A DNA stretch of 18,359 nucleotides from positions 1 to 18,359 of the forward strand of contig JAXMNT010000085.1 of assembly GCA_034670305.1 (NCBI GenBank). Reading direction: 5' to 3'. Under the pieces are notes generated by a model. The model made no database searches and was not told the DNA's origin. It saw nothing but the letters and a program-made list of their open reading frames with translations. The translations under genes were made by a program, and so were the position numbers. Source of the DNA: Deltaproteobacteria bacterium. GTDB taxonomy: Bacteria > Myxococcota_A > Polyangia > Polyangiales > Houyiibacteriaceae. Shown here piece by piece: positions 1-7,888 of the stretch (its first letter is position 1; every line of letters starts with the position of its first letter).

Positions 1-121
1 GAGCAAGGTTGCCCTGACAGCTGTCGCCCGGAAGCTACTCACCGTCCTCAACGCCATGATCCGCAGCGGCACCGACTGGTCACCCGAGGTGACTTGAGTC
101 GCGGCTGCGAATACAGTTGCT
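1..121 (+). mobile_element. Right end of an IS110-family insertion sequence
   Basis: The transposase stop is followed by a 24-nt right end finishing in ACAGTTGCT (113-121), which resembles the ...ACAGnnGCT ends of this IS110 subgroup with the CT core dinucleotide at 120-121. The exact boundary is inferred. Confidence 0.7.
2..97 (+). CDS. IS110-family transposase/recombinase, C-terminal fragment (5' truncated by window edge)
   Basis: Not in the ORF track. The frame from nt 2 reads SKVALTAVARKLLTVLNAMIRSGTDWSPEVT* (TGA 95-97), matching the characteristic IS110 C-terminal pattern K-x-A-L-x-A-x-x-R-K-L-L-x-x-L-N-A-M-x-R-x-G-x-x-W. Confidence 0.88.
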   Translation, partial: SKVALTAVARKLLTVLNAMIRSGTDWSPEVT

Positions 122-122
122 G

Positions 123-773
123 CTAGGCTTCCCCGCGCAGCACCCGCACGTGGTGCATCACTTCGGCGGCGACATCGACCACCGGCCGGTCCGCGTTGAT
201 GTGGACGATCTTGTCGTTCGGAAAGTGTGCGTCGATCTTCGTGTAGAACTCCGCCAGCGCTTCCTGGAGCTCGTCGTCGTCGTAGAGTTCGCGGCCACCG
301 GCCCGCTCGATGCGGCGCTTCGCGGCCACGTCCGGCGGAATGTCGAGAATCAGGGTCAGGTCGGGACGCCGCGCGTGCCGGTTGAGCTGCTTCACCCAGT
401 TCACCGACTCCTCGTCGCCGCCGCCCGTGATCGACTGGTATGCGACGCTCGAGTAGTCGTACCGGTCGGTCAGGACGGTCACGCCGTCCATGAGGTTTGG
501 CTGAACCTCGGCTTCGATGTGGTCGACACGGTCCGCCGCGAAGAGCAGCGCCATCGTCGTCCAGCTCGGCGGGCGGCCGCCGTGCATGCCGGTCACGACG
601 ATTCGACCGGTGAGGATCTGACGCAGCATCATGCCGATCGGTCCGTCGCTCGGCTCGCGGGTCGCCCGCACGGGCAGACCTCGGTCGCGCAGTCCGGCTG
701 CGAGCAGTTGCGTGTGGGTCGTGGTGCCCGCGCCGTCGACGCCCTCGAGGGCGATGAAGAGTCCTTCAATCAT
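123..773 (-). CDS. tmk: Thymidylate (dTMP) kinase
   Basis: 216 aa with FIALEGVDGAGTTT (P-loop), TREP, LLFAADR, DRYxxSSxAYQ and PDLTLILD motifs; GGAGA RBS upstream. Confidence 0.95.
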   Translation of the reverse strand: MIEGLFIALEGVDGAGTTTHTQLLAAGLRDRGLPVRATREPSDGPIGMMLRQILTGRIVVTGMHGGRPPSWTTMALLFAADRVDHIEAEVQPNLMDGVTVLTDRYDYSSVAYQSITGGGDEESVNWVKQLNRHARRPDLTLILDIPPDVAAKRRIERAGGRELYDDDELQEALAEFYTKIDAHFPNDKIVHINADRPVVDVAAEVMHHVRVLRGEA

Positions 774-905
774 GACTGCATCTCCAGGTTGTCCTGGACG
801 CTATCACTGCCAGCGAAGCTGCGGAACGCCACAATCTCGTGAGCGCCAGCTCGGTTTCACTCGTCCACAAGATGGGGCACCGCGTCGGGCGCATCGGTTC
901 GAGCG

Positions 906-2231
906 TCAGGGACAGTATGCGCGGTCGCCGAGCGTACAGAGCGACCGGCGCGCACGGGACGAGAGCGCGCCTTCGGGTGCGACGAACACATACTCTCGGA
1001 ACACCTGCGCCGCCGCGTCTGATTCGTTGAGACTCAAACGCATCTGTCCTAGTGCGAACAGCGCGTTGTGACTCGCGGAGGTGCCCGGCGCGGCGCGGTA
1101 CGCCCGGCGGTAGGCCTCGGCCGCTTGCCGATGATCGTCCTCTCGCGCGTAGGTCGTCGCGATGTCGGTCCAGGCGCGCGCACGGGTGACCCGCACGCGG
1201 GTGGAGCGGACGATCGCGAGCAGCTCGTGGCGGGCCCGGCCGTATTCGCCTTGGTCGATGTAGCGCATGGCGAGATCGAACCGGACGTCGTCCGCCAGGG
1301 GCGGCCCGGACGGCGCGGTCGCGCGGCCTCCCTCCGCCTCGTCCTCCTCTTCTGGCAGCGTGTCGTCGTCGTCGGTTTCGGCCACTTCGGAGGGCGCAGG
1401 ATCTTCGACGCGGAGCAGCGGCTGCGCACGCCCGAGAAGTGCCGACGCCGCATCCGCGGCCGCGAGTGTCTCTGCCGCCGTCTCGCTGTCGCGGGGAACT
1501 TCGGCGCCGTTCGCCTCGCGGTTCGAGTCGGACTCGGCAGCCACGGTGGTCGACTCTCCGGCCGACACCAGCCGGGCTTCCCCGTTGCGCGGAATCACGC
1601 GGACCACCCCCTCGGTGACCTCGACGTGCGTGCCCGCGCCATCGACGTCCACCGAGAACACCGTGCCGACCACTTCCACCCGCGCATTCGCGGTCTCGAC
1701 CGCAAAGTGCTGCATGCCCGGCCGCTCCGGATGGAACTCGACGCGCACCCGGCCACGGGTCAGTTCGATCTCATGCCGGTCACCGACGATCTCGGTGAAG
1801 AGCGCGCGCGACTCGGGCGCGACCTCGACGGTGCTGCGCGCGTGCGCCTCCCCACCGAAGCGGACCCGTACGAGCTGTCCTTGCGCGGTGAGCACCGCCT
1901 CGCCCTGGGCGAAGGCGCCGCGGCGCACCGGCAGACCGTCGCGAAGCGCCTCGAAGACCGCGGGCTCCGTGGCCGCCACGATGTCCTCGGTCGGGTTCAC
2001 CGCGTTGGCGCGCCAAACGACCAACACGACCGCCGCCGCCGCCGCCAGTCCGACCACCACGCCCCCGGCGAAGGTCCTCGGGGAACGGCGCGTCTTCGGC
2101 GCGGCGTCCTGCACACTCAAGCGTTCCAAGACGGTGCGTTCCATGCGCGCCCGGCGCACGTCGTCCAGCGCCGGTGGATCGGAGCGCAGCGCGTCCGCGA
2201 ACTCGTCGGACGGTCGCCGGGGCTCAGTCAT
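906..2231 (-). CDS. FecR-domain anti-sigma factor with C-terminal TPR domain
   Basis: About 50-aa N-terminal cytoplasmic part, one TM helix (GGVVVGLAAAAAVVLVVW), FecR signature (ELTRGRVRV...FAVETANARVEVVGTVFSV...VEVTEGVVRV), acidic linker, TPR-like helices (GEYGRARHEL, AAEAYRRAY, ALFALGQM). Start overlaps the sigma-factor stop by 8 nt (ATGACTGA). Confidence 0.88.
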   Translation of the reverse strand: MTEPRRPSDEFADALRSDPPALDDVRRARMERTVLERLSVQDAAPKTRRSPRTFAGGVVVGLAAAAAVVLVVWRANAVNPTEDIVAATEPAVFEALRDGLPVRRGAFAQGEAVLTAQGQLVRVRFGGEAHARSTVEVAPESRALFTEIVGDRHEIELTRGRVRVEFHPERPGMQHFAVETANARVEVVGTVFSVDVDGAGTHVEVTEGVVRVIPRNGEARLVSAGESTTVAAESDSNREANGAEVPRDSETAAETLAAADAASALLGRAQPLLRVEDPAPSEVAETDDDDTLPEEEDEAEGGRATAPSGPPLADDVRFDLAMRYIDQGEYGRARHELLAIVRSTRVRVTRARAWTDIATTYAREDDHRQAAEAYRRAYRAAPGTSASHNALFALGQMRLSLNESDAAAQVFREYVFVAPEGALSSRARRSLCTLGDRAYCP

Positions 2232-2793
2232 GGGCCGCCTCCTCGATCTTGGCGTCGAGCCGTTTGCGCGCCGCCTTCAGCCGAGCGTGAAGGGTCGAGA
2301 TCCCGACCCCCGTCATCTCGTGAATCTCTTGGAAGGTGTGCCCTTCCACTTCCTTGAGCACGAACACCGTGCGCTGGTCGGGTGGCAAACACTGGAGCAA
2401 CTGCTCCGCTTCGGTGCGGGCCGCGTGGTGTTCGTCCGGCCGGCTCGCGCCGCGGCCGAGTCCGACCCGCTCCCCCATGCGCTGCCAGCGATCTCGGCGC
2501 CACGCAGACCGCGCCTGGTCGAGCGCGCGCCGGGTAGCGATGCCGAGCAGCCAGGTCGAGACCTTGGAACGCCCCCCGAAGCTGCCCGCGCCATCGAGCG
2601 CGGCCAAGAACACCCGCTGGACCACATCTTCGACGTCCGAGTGATGCGCCCCGAGGATCCGGGCCACGTGGCGGTGCACCCGGTCGACGTGCGAGCGGTA
2701 GAGCATACGAACGGCGCGCTCGTCGCCGTCGGCGGCCGCACGCAGCGTGTCGGCAGACTCCGGGTCGAGCGGCGCCGCAGAGACGAGTCGCAT
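2224..2793 (-). CDS. ECF (sigma-70 group 4) RNA polymerase sigma factor
   Basis: Region 2 (GDERAVRMLY...VEDVVQRVF...FGGRSKVSTWLLGIA) and region 4 (LPPDQRTVFVLKEVEGHTFQEI...TLHARLKAARKRL). Start placed at ATG 2793 because GGAGG lies 8 nt upstream (189 aa); ATG 2853 is an alternative. The track's 3039 start overlaps the upstream gene. Confidence 0.93.
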   Translation of the reverse strand: MRLVSAAPLDPESADTLRAAADGDERAVRMLYRSHVDRVHRHVARILGAHHSDVEDVVQRVFLAALDGAGSFGGRSKVSTWLLGIATRRALDQARSAWRRDRWQRMGERVGLGRGASRPDEHHAARTEAEQLLQCLPPDQRTVFVLKEVEGHTFQEIHEMTGVGISTLHARLKAARKRLDAKIEEAAHD

Positions 2794-2903
2794 GTGACCA
2801 CCCTCCGAAGTCGGTCCCGGACGGTCCGGAATCGCGCTGCTCAACGGCTGCATGTCGGTTTGTCGCCGGGCGGCCTGCTCTTTTCCAACCGGGTCGTTCG
2901 ATT

Positions 2904-3962
2904 TCACGACAGGTCCGGACGCAGGCGGATCGCGGTGACCATGAATGGGGTCCAGCGGTCCTCCAGAAAGACGGTTTCCCGCGCGCGAAGCCAGGTGGCC
3001 CGGCTCACAGACAGGTCGACGCCGGCCTCGACCACCCACTCGAAGGCGCCCCCGATCCGGTACGCGAACTCGACCGTCCCGCGAAACGCCAGGCTGGTGG
3101 CAATGTCCCGCACGTCGGTGCCTTCCAGTCCGACTTGCCCGTTGCGCACGAGGAGGCCGATGGTCGGCCCGAGACTGACGCGCCCGTTCACGTAGGGTCG
3201 GAACTGGCCACGCAGCCCAATGTTGACGAACCGGTAGCTCAGGGTGCCGTCATTCGATTCCGCGTGGTCGGCCAAGAGCGAGAGCTGGGCCTCGAGCACC
3301 AGGCAGTTGTGCCCCACACAGAGCCCGAACCCGGCGCCAGGCGCCACGATCGCCGACCGGCGGGTGGGCGAGTAGCCGATGTTGAGGCCGAAGTAGAGGG
3401 TGGGGGACGCGAGCTGACGCTCTACTCGGGTGCGCGGGTACTCGAGGTAGGTGTAGCCGCTGCGGGCCGGAGCGGCGGCGATCGGCTGGGCCGGCTCGGA
3501 GCCGAGGTTCTCGATCACCAGGCTGAGCACCCGCGCGGTTTCACGCGCGGAGCCGCCTTCGTCGGGCACTTCCTCGGACACGGTCTGCCCGCCGGGAAGC
3601 CCGAGTGCGATGCGGTAGCCGTCTTCGGTGGCGGCCAGGCCGACATGGTCGGTCGGCACCGCTTCGAGGATCTCCGGGGCCGCCTCACCGACTGAGACCG
3701 TGCCTCCGAGACGGCGCCGCAGGTCGCGGGCGACGTCTTCGGCCAGGGCTTCGAGCCCCGCCGCGGGCCGGATCACCCGAACCGAACGGCTGGGAACCGC
3801 CGCGTTGGCCGCGTTCTCGCCCGGTGCTCGCACCGAGGCGCCGCCATCGTCCGCCAACGTGGGGACCGCCGACCACAGCACGAGGCCGATCCCGGCGCAG
3901 AGGGTGCGCCAGAACGTTCCACTGGGTCCCGACGGGACGGAGATCGGTCTACAAACGAACAC
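2904..3962 (-). CDS. Exported hypothetical protein with probable C-terminal ~8-stranded outer-membrane beta-barrel
   Basis: Signal-peptide-like segment (LCAGIGLVLWSAVPTLA|DD), an alpha/beta N-terminal region, then amphipathic strands (LYFGLNIGYS, YRFVNIGLRGQF, AFRGTVEFAYRI, FEWVVEAGVDLS). Co-oriented between its neighbours. GTG start uncertain. Confidence 0.72.
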   Translation of the reverse strand: MFVCRPISVPSGPSGTFWRTLCAGIGLVLWSAVPTLADDGGASVRAPGENAANAAVPSRSVRVIRPAAGLEALAEDVARDLRRRLGGTVSVGEAAPEILEAVPTDHVGLAATEDGYRIALGLPGGQTVSEEVPDEGGSARETARVLSLVIENLGSEPAQPIAAAPARSGYTYLEYPRTRVERQLASPTLYFGLNIGYSPTRRSAIVAPGAGFGLCVGHNCLVLEAQLSLLADHAESNDGTLSYRFVNIGLRGQFRPYVNGRVSLGPTIGLLVRNGQVGLEGTDVRDIATSLAFRGTVEFAYRIGGAFEWVVEAGVDLSVSRATWLRARETVFLEDRWTPFMVTAIRLRPDLS

Positions 3963-4030
3963 GGGCGCTGCAAAGTCTGCAGCACCCGTGCCAGTTCAAG
4001 GACCGTGTCTCAGGGCGGCCCGTTGTGGGC

Positions 4031-6226
4031 TCAGTCCGCCTCGCGCTCGACGTAGCCGAACTTGTAGGTGAACCCGAGCCGCGCGTAGATCTGGATGTCG
4101 TTGTGCTCGAAGCCCCAGACGTCGCTCAGGATGCGACGGGGGCGGCCCGCGAGGATGCCCTCGAACGATGCCCACATGTTCCAGCTCGAGCTCATGATGA
4201 ACTCGAGGGAACCGCCGAGCCGGAAGCGCGCCATCTTCTGACGTTCGTCGATCCGGTTGTTGCCCATGATCGGGTCCGGGCCGCCCATCGAATCGCAGCC
4301 GTTGTAGTAGCGGCAGTTGCGGTCGTACTGGTTGTAGTCCCAGCGATCCGAGTGGTAGTCGAGCCCCGCCCACAACGTGAAGTTGCCCGCGTTGAGGAAG
4401 TGGAGCGAGAAGAGCCCTTCGAGCGAGAAGAAGAACGAGTTCGTCGGGTGATCGTCCCCTGGACCACCGCCGACCGCGGGATCGTCGATGCCGGTGACGT
4501 GGTCACGCGTCGGTCCGAGACCGCCGCCGACCCGCGCCTGCGCGCCGACCGAGACCTGACGGACCGGACGGTGTCCGACCTTCACGCGGCCTTCGAACTC
4601 GGTGAGGGTGCCAAACGTGCGCAGGCCGATGCCGGTCTCGAGCCAGTCGGTGATGCCGATGCCGAGGCGGAACTCGAAGAGGTACGGCCAGCCGAGGGAG
4701 AAATCGAGGACCGCGAGGTCGTTCGGAAGCGTCGCGCCGGAGCGCGCCACGGTCTGGCGGTGCCGGTCGAGCCGCTCTTGCTCCAGCTCCTGGCGTTCTT
4801 CCGGGGTGAGTTCGTCGACACCGACGAGCCCGACGTTGATCAAGATCGTGTCGGAGCCCACGCGGAAGACGCGCTGCTCGGTGTGGGAGCGGAACCCTTC
4901 GGCGCGCACTTCGATGAGGTGCGAACCGACCGGGACGCTGCCCTCCCAGGGCACCGGGCCCATCACTTCGCCATCGACCACGAAGACCGAACCATCGATG
5001 TTCGCTTCGACGCGGACGGGCGTGCCCACCGGGCTCAGACGCGCGGTGATTTCACAGCCCTGACCCGGTCCCACCGAGCAGGTCTCGCGGTGTTCTTCAT
5101 GGCCCGGTGCGCGCACGATGATCGCGTGCGTTCCGGCCTGCGGCGCTTCGACCACGATCGGCACCGCGCCGCGCTCTTCGCCATCGATGAACACAGTCGC
5201 GCCGTCCACGTTGGCGTTGACCACGATGCGCCCGAGCGCACGCGTCACTTCTCGCATCTGAAGCGAGATCACCCGCTGGCGACCGGCTTCGATCGTGACC
5301 GGCTGCTGAAGGGGATCGTACCCATCGGCGCGCGCTTCGACGATGTGTTCACCCGGCGTCAGTTCCGCCGCCGAAGCCGGCGCTTCGCCCACCACTTCAC
5401 CGTCGATGCTGATGACCGCGCCCGGCGCGTTGGCCAACACGCGGAGCGAACCACCGGCCGGCGGTGCCGGTCGAAGGGTCGGGGCCAGCGTGAGCCGCTG
5501 ACCGGCGACGATCGTGATCGTCTGGGTGAAGGGCTGCATGCCGGGCTCGCTCGCGCGAACCTCGACGACGTGTTGGCCTTCGGTGAGTCCATCGATGACC
5601 GAGGGCGTGCTGCCGCGCGGCGTGCCATCGATCGTGATGGTCGCGCCGCTGACGTCGCCCGCTACAAGGAGCGAACCGGTCGAGGGCGCCTGCTCTTCGA
5701 GCGCGACCGGGAGGGTCAGCACCTGGGCGCCGGCCAGCTCGGTCCACTGGTTGAACGTCACGTAACCTTCGCGGCCGACCTGGACGAGGTGGCGGCCCGG
5801 CTGAACCGTCATCCGGTGCGGAATGTTGCCGACGGGGGTTCCGTCCACGCGAACGGCCGCGCCGGTGGCGGCTGCGTTGCCAGCCGTGATGTCGAGCACC
5901 GAGAGCGCGTTGAGCGTCTGGCTGTAGGTCACCCGCCGACGGCGAATGTTCACGACCTGCTGGGCGTCCTCATGGTTCGCCAGCTGGAAGATCAGCGTGT
6001 GGTTGCCTCGCTGGACCCGCACGTTCCGCATCGGCGTGGTGCCGAGCAGGTTCGCGGGGGCCACCGAGTCCACGTAGACCTGCGCTCCAGCCGGGGTCGA
6101 CTCGATGTTGACCGGCACCCCCCGACGGCTCTGTGCGTCCGCCGGGTTGGCCCAGGCCACCATCGAAAGAACCACCCCCATCGTGGAAGCCAAACTCACG
6201 CATCGTGCGATCGTCGCTCGCGTCAT
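4031..6226 (-). CDS. PEGA-repeat protein (six repeats) with C-terminal outer-membrane beta-barrel
   Basis: Signal peptide ending ANPADA|QS; six ~70-aa repeats of the PEGA pattern (GA-x-V-x-[IV]DG...G-x-x-P...G-x-H-x-x-x-V...G[YHF]); about ten amphipathic strands ending IYARLGFTYKF plus a short tail. Confidence 0.88.
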   Translation of the reverse strand: MTRATIARCVSLASTMGVVLSMVAWANPADAQSRRGVPVNIESTPAGAQVYVDSVAPANLLGTTPMRNVRVQRGNHTLIFQLANHEDAQQVVNIRRRRVTYSQTLNALSVLDITAGNAAATGAAVRVDGTPVGNIPHRMTVQPGRHLVQVGREGYVTFNQWTELAGAQVLTLPVALEEQAPSTGSLLVAGDVSGATITIDGTPRGSTPSVIDGLTEGQHVVEVRASEPGMQPFTQTITIVAGQRLTLAPTLRPAPPAGGSLRVLANAPGAVISIDGEVVGEAPASAAELTPGEHIVEARADGYDPLQQPVTIEAGRQRVISLQMREVTRALGRIVVNANVDGATVFIDGEERGAVPIVVEAPQAGTHAIIVRAPGHEEHRETCSVGPGQGCEITARLSPVGTPVRVEANIDGSVFVVDGEVMGPVPWEGSVPVGSHLIEVRAEGFRSHTEQRVFRVGSDTILINVGLVGVDELTPEERQELEQERLDRHRQTVARSGATLPNDLAVLDFSLGWPYLFEFRLGIGITDWLETGIGLRTFGTLTEFEGRVKVGHRPVRQVSVGAQARVGGGLGPTRDHVTGIDDPAVGGGPGDDHPTNSFFFSLEGLFSLHFLNAGNFTLWAGLDYHSDRWDYNQYDRNCRYYNGCDSMGGPDPIMGNNRIDERQKMARFRLGGSLEFIMSSSWNMWASFEGILAGRPRRILSDVWGFEHNDIQIYARLGFTYKFGYVEREAD

Positions 6227-6494
6227 CTCTTCACCCTGTTTCCCATCCTGCGATTGAATCCCCGCGGGACGTTAGGACGCACCCGGCCATTCATCAACAC
6301 GGACACTCCTGACATGCGGGAACCGGAGACCCAACCTCGAATCTCCGGAATGGACCACTCGGAGCCCCGACGCAGCGGCATGGTTGTTGAAGTAGACTCT
6401 GTCGCACGTGCCACAGGCTGCAAATCGCTACCTCGTTGGCACAAGTCGTGACACTCTGTCGCGACTCGTGGTGGGTACCGAAGGTGAGGGGCAG

Positions 6495-7733
6495 ATGTCG
6501 AAGTTGCGTCGTCAAGTAAGCGCAGTGTTGGGAAGCGCCCTGTTGATGGGCGGCGTGCTCGTCAGTGAGTCGCCCGTCGCAGAGGCCTGCGGAGGGTTCT
6601 TCTGCAACGGCGGCGGCCCGGCCGGGCCGACCCCGGTCGTACAGGCAGGAGAACGGGTGATGTTCGAGCAGACCGAAGACGGTCGGGTTCGAGCTTACGT
6701 ACAGATTCGCTATGACCAGGGCGCGCCGATCGGCTTCAGCTGGATTGTCCCGGTCATGAGCGTGCCGGAGCTCGGCGTCGCCGACGCCGCGACCTTCGAC
6801 CAGCTCGACAACGCCACCGCGCCGCAGTTTCGGTTCGTGAACCCGGGCGGCAGCACGTTCACCGGTGGTTCCTCCGGCGCTGGATGCGCCGCGAGCGACG
6901 GGGCATTCGCTGGAGGCGCGCCGACCCGTGAAGCAGACGCTTCGGATCCGGGCGGCGTCCGGATCTGGGACGAAGACCGGGTTGGCGACTACCAAACCGC
7001 GATCATCGAAGGCGAGACCGGCGATGACATTCGGCGGTGGCTGGTCGAGAACGACTACGACATCCCCGCCGCCGCCAACGACATCATCGACTCCTACGTC
7101 TTCACCGGCCACCTCTTCGCGGCGTTCCGCTACGACCCGATCGACGGCGTGGGCGGCGGCTCCTTGCCGCCCGTGACGATCACCTACTCGGGCGGCAAAC
7201 CCTGCGTGCCCATCCGCATCACCGCGATCGCCTCCACCCCGATCCTCGACGTCATGGTTCTCGCGTTCGGCGAAGGCCGCGCGCATCCGGACGGCGAGTA
7301 CGTGGAGATCACCCCGGACTACAACGCCATCCGCACCGACTTCACGACGCCCACCCAGACCACCTACACCGATGAGGTCGATGGCGCGCTCGAGCGGGCC
7401 GGCGGCTACGCGTTCGTGGTCGAACATGCGAGCACAACCGACCTCGTGCAGGGCGCGACCGACACCGAAGCCCAGGCGATCCTCGGCCGGAACCGGTACG
7501 TCACGCGCTTTTACACCCGCTTCACCCCGGACCGAATGGAGGTCGACCCAGAGTTCACCGTGACCGCGGGACGTGGGGATGTGAACCGGCTGCACGTCAT
7601 CGACACCAGCAACCGCACCGCCAGCGTCACCGGTGGCCTGAGCAGCCGATACGCCGCGCCTCCGCTCTTTCCGGCCGCAATCGGTCTGATGGGCGCGATG
7701 CTGGTTTGGCGCCGAGCCCGCCGGCGGCGCTGA
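6495..7733 (+). CDS. DUF2330-family exported protein with C-terminal membrane anchor
   Basis: Signal peptide ending AEA|CGGFFC; QAGERVMF, VQIRY, FSWIVPV, FDQLDNATAPQF, WLVENDYDIP and YVTRFYT motifs typical of myxobacterial DUF2330; TM helix plus RRARRRR at the end. ATG 6495 has a GAGGGG RBS and is in frame with the track ORF 6408..7733. Confidence 0.85.
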   Translation: MSKLRRQVSAVLGSALLMGGVLVSESPVAEACGGFFCNGGGPAGPTPVVQAGERVMFEQTEDGRVRAYVQIRYDQGAPIGFSWIVPVMSVPELGVADAATFDQLDNATAPQFRFVNPGGSTFTGGSSGAGCAASDGAFAGGAPTREADASDPGGVRIWDEDRVGDYQTAIIEGETGDDIRRWLVENDYDIPAAANDIIDSYVFTGHLFAAFRYDPIDGVGGGSLPPVTITYSGGKPCVPIRITAIASTPILDVMVLAFGEGRAHPDGEYVEITPDYNAIRTDFTTPTQTTYTDEVDGALERAGGYAFVVEHASTTDLVQGATDTEAQAILGRNRYVTRFYTRFTPDRMEVDPEFTVTAGRGDVNRLHVIDTSNRTASVTGGLSSRYAAPPLFPAAIGLMGAMLVWRRARRRR

Positions 7734-7753
7734 CTCGACACGAACCAAGAGAG

Positions 7754-7777
7754 AAGGCGGGGTGACCCGCCTTTTTT
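7754..7777 (+). terminator. Rho-independent terminator of the DUF2330 gene
   Basis: AAGGCGGG-GTGA-CCCGCCTT followed by TTTT, 20 nt after the stop codon. Confidence 0.88.
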
Positions 7778-7888
7778 CGTTTCGCAGCCTCGTCTCGACA
7801 CCTCTCGCGCTTCGTTCGCCTTCGCCGCAGCGGCTCATCGGGAACGTGAAGTTCGTTTCGACGCTCGAAGTCGTGCCACGCTGAGCCC

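Noticed and set aside
94-99. TTGAGT as the -35 of an IS110 circle-junction promoter
   Set aside because: It is 22 nt from the inferred end, too far for a -10 supplied by the left end, and it cannot be tested without that end.
117-842. 241-aa plus-strand ORF
   Set aside because: Antisense to tmk; not a continuation of the IS110 gene, which stops at 97.
1068-3195. 429-aa and 642-aa plus-strand ORFs
   Set aside because: Antisense to the well-supported sigma and anti-sigma genes; Arg/Ser/Ala-rich composition typical of shadow frames.
3605-6451. 948-aa plus-strand ORF
   Set aside because: Antisense shadow of the PEGA gene; long stop-free antisense frames are expected with high-GC codon bias, and it has no recognisable motifs.
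6294-7838. 514-aa minus-strand ORF
   Set aside because: Antisense shadow of the DUF2330 gene, which has an RBS, signal peptide and terminator.
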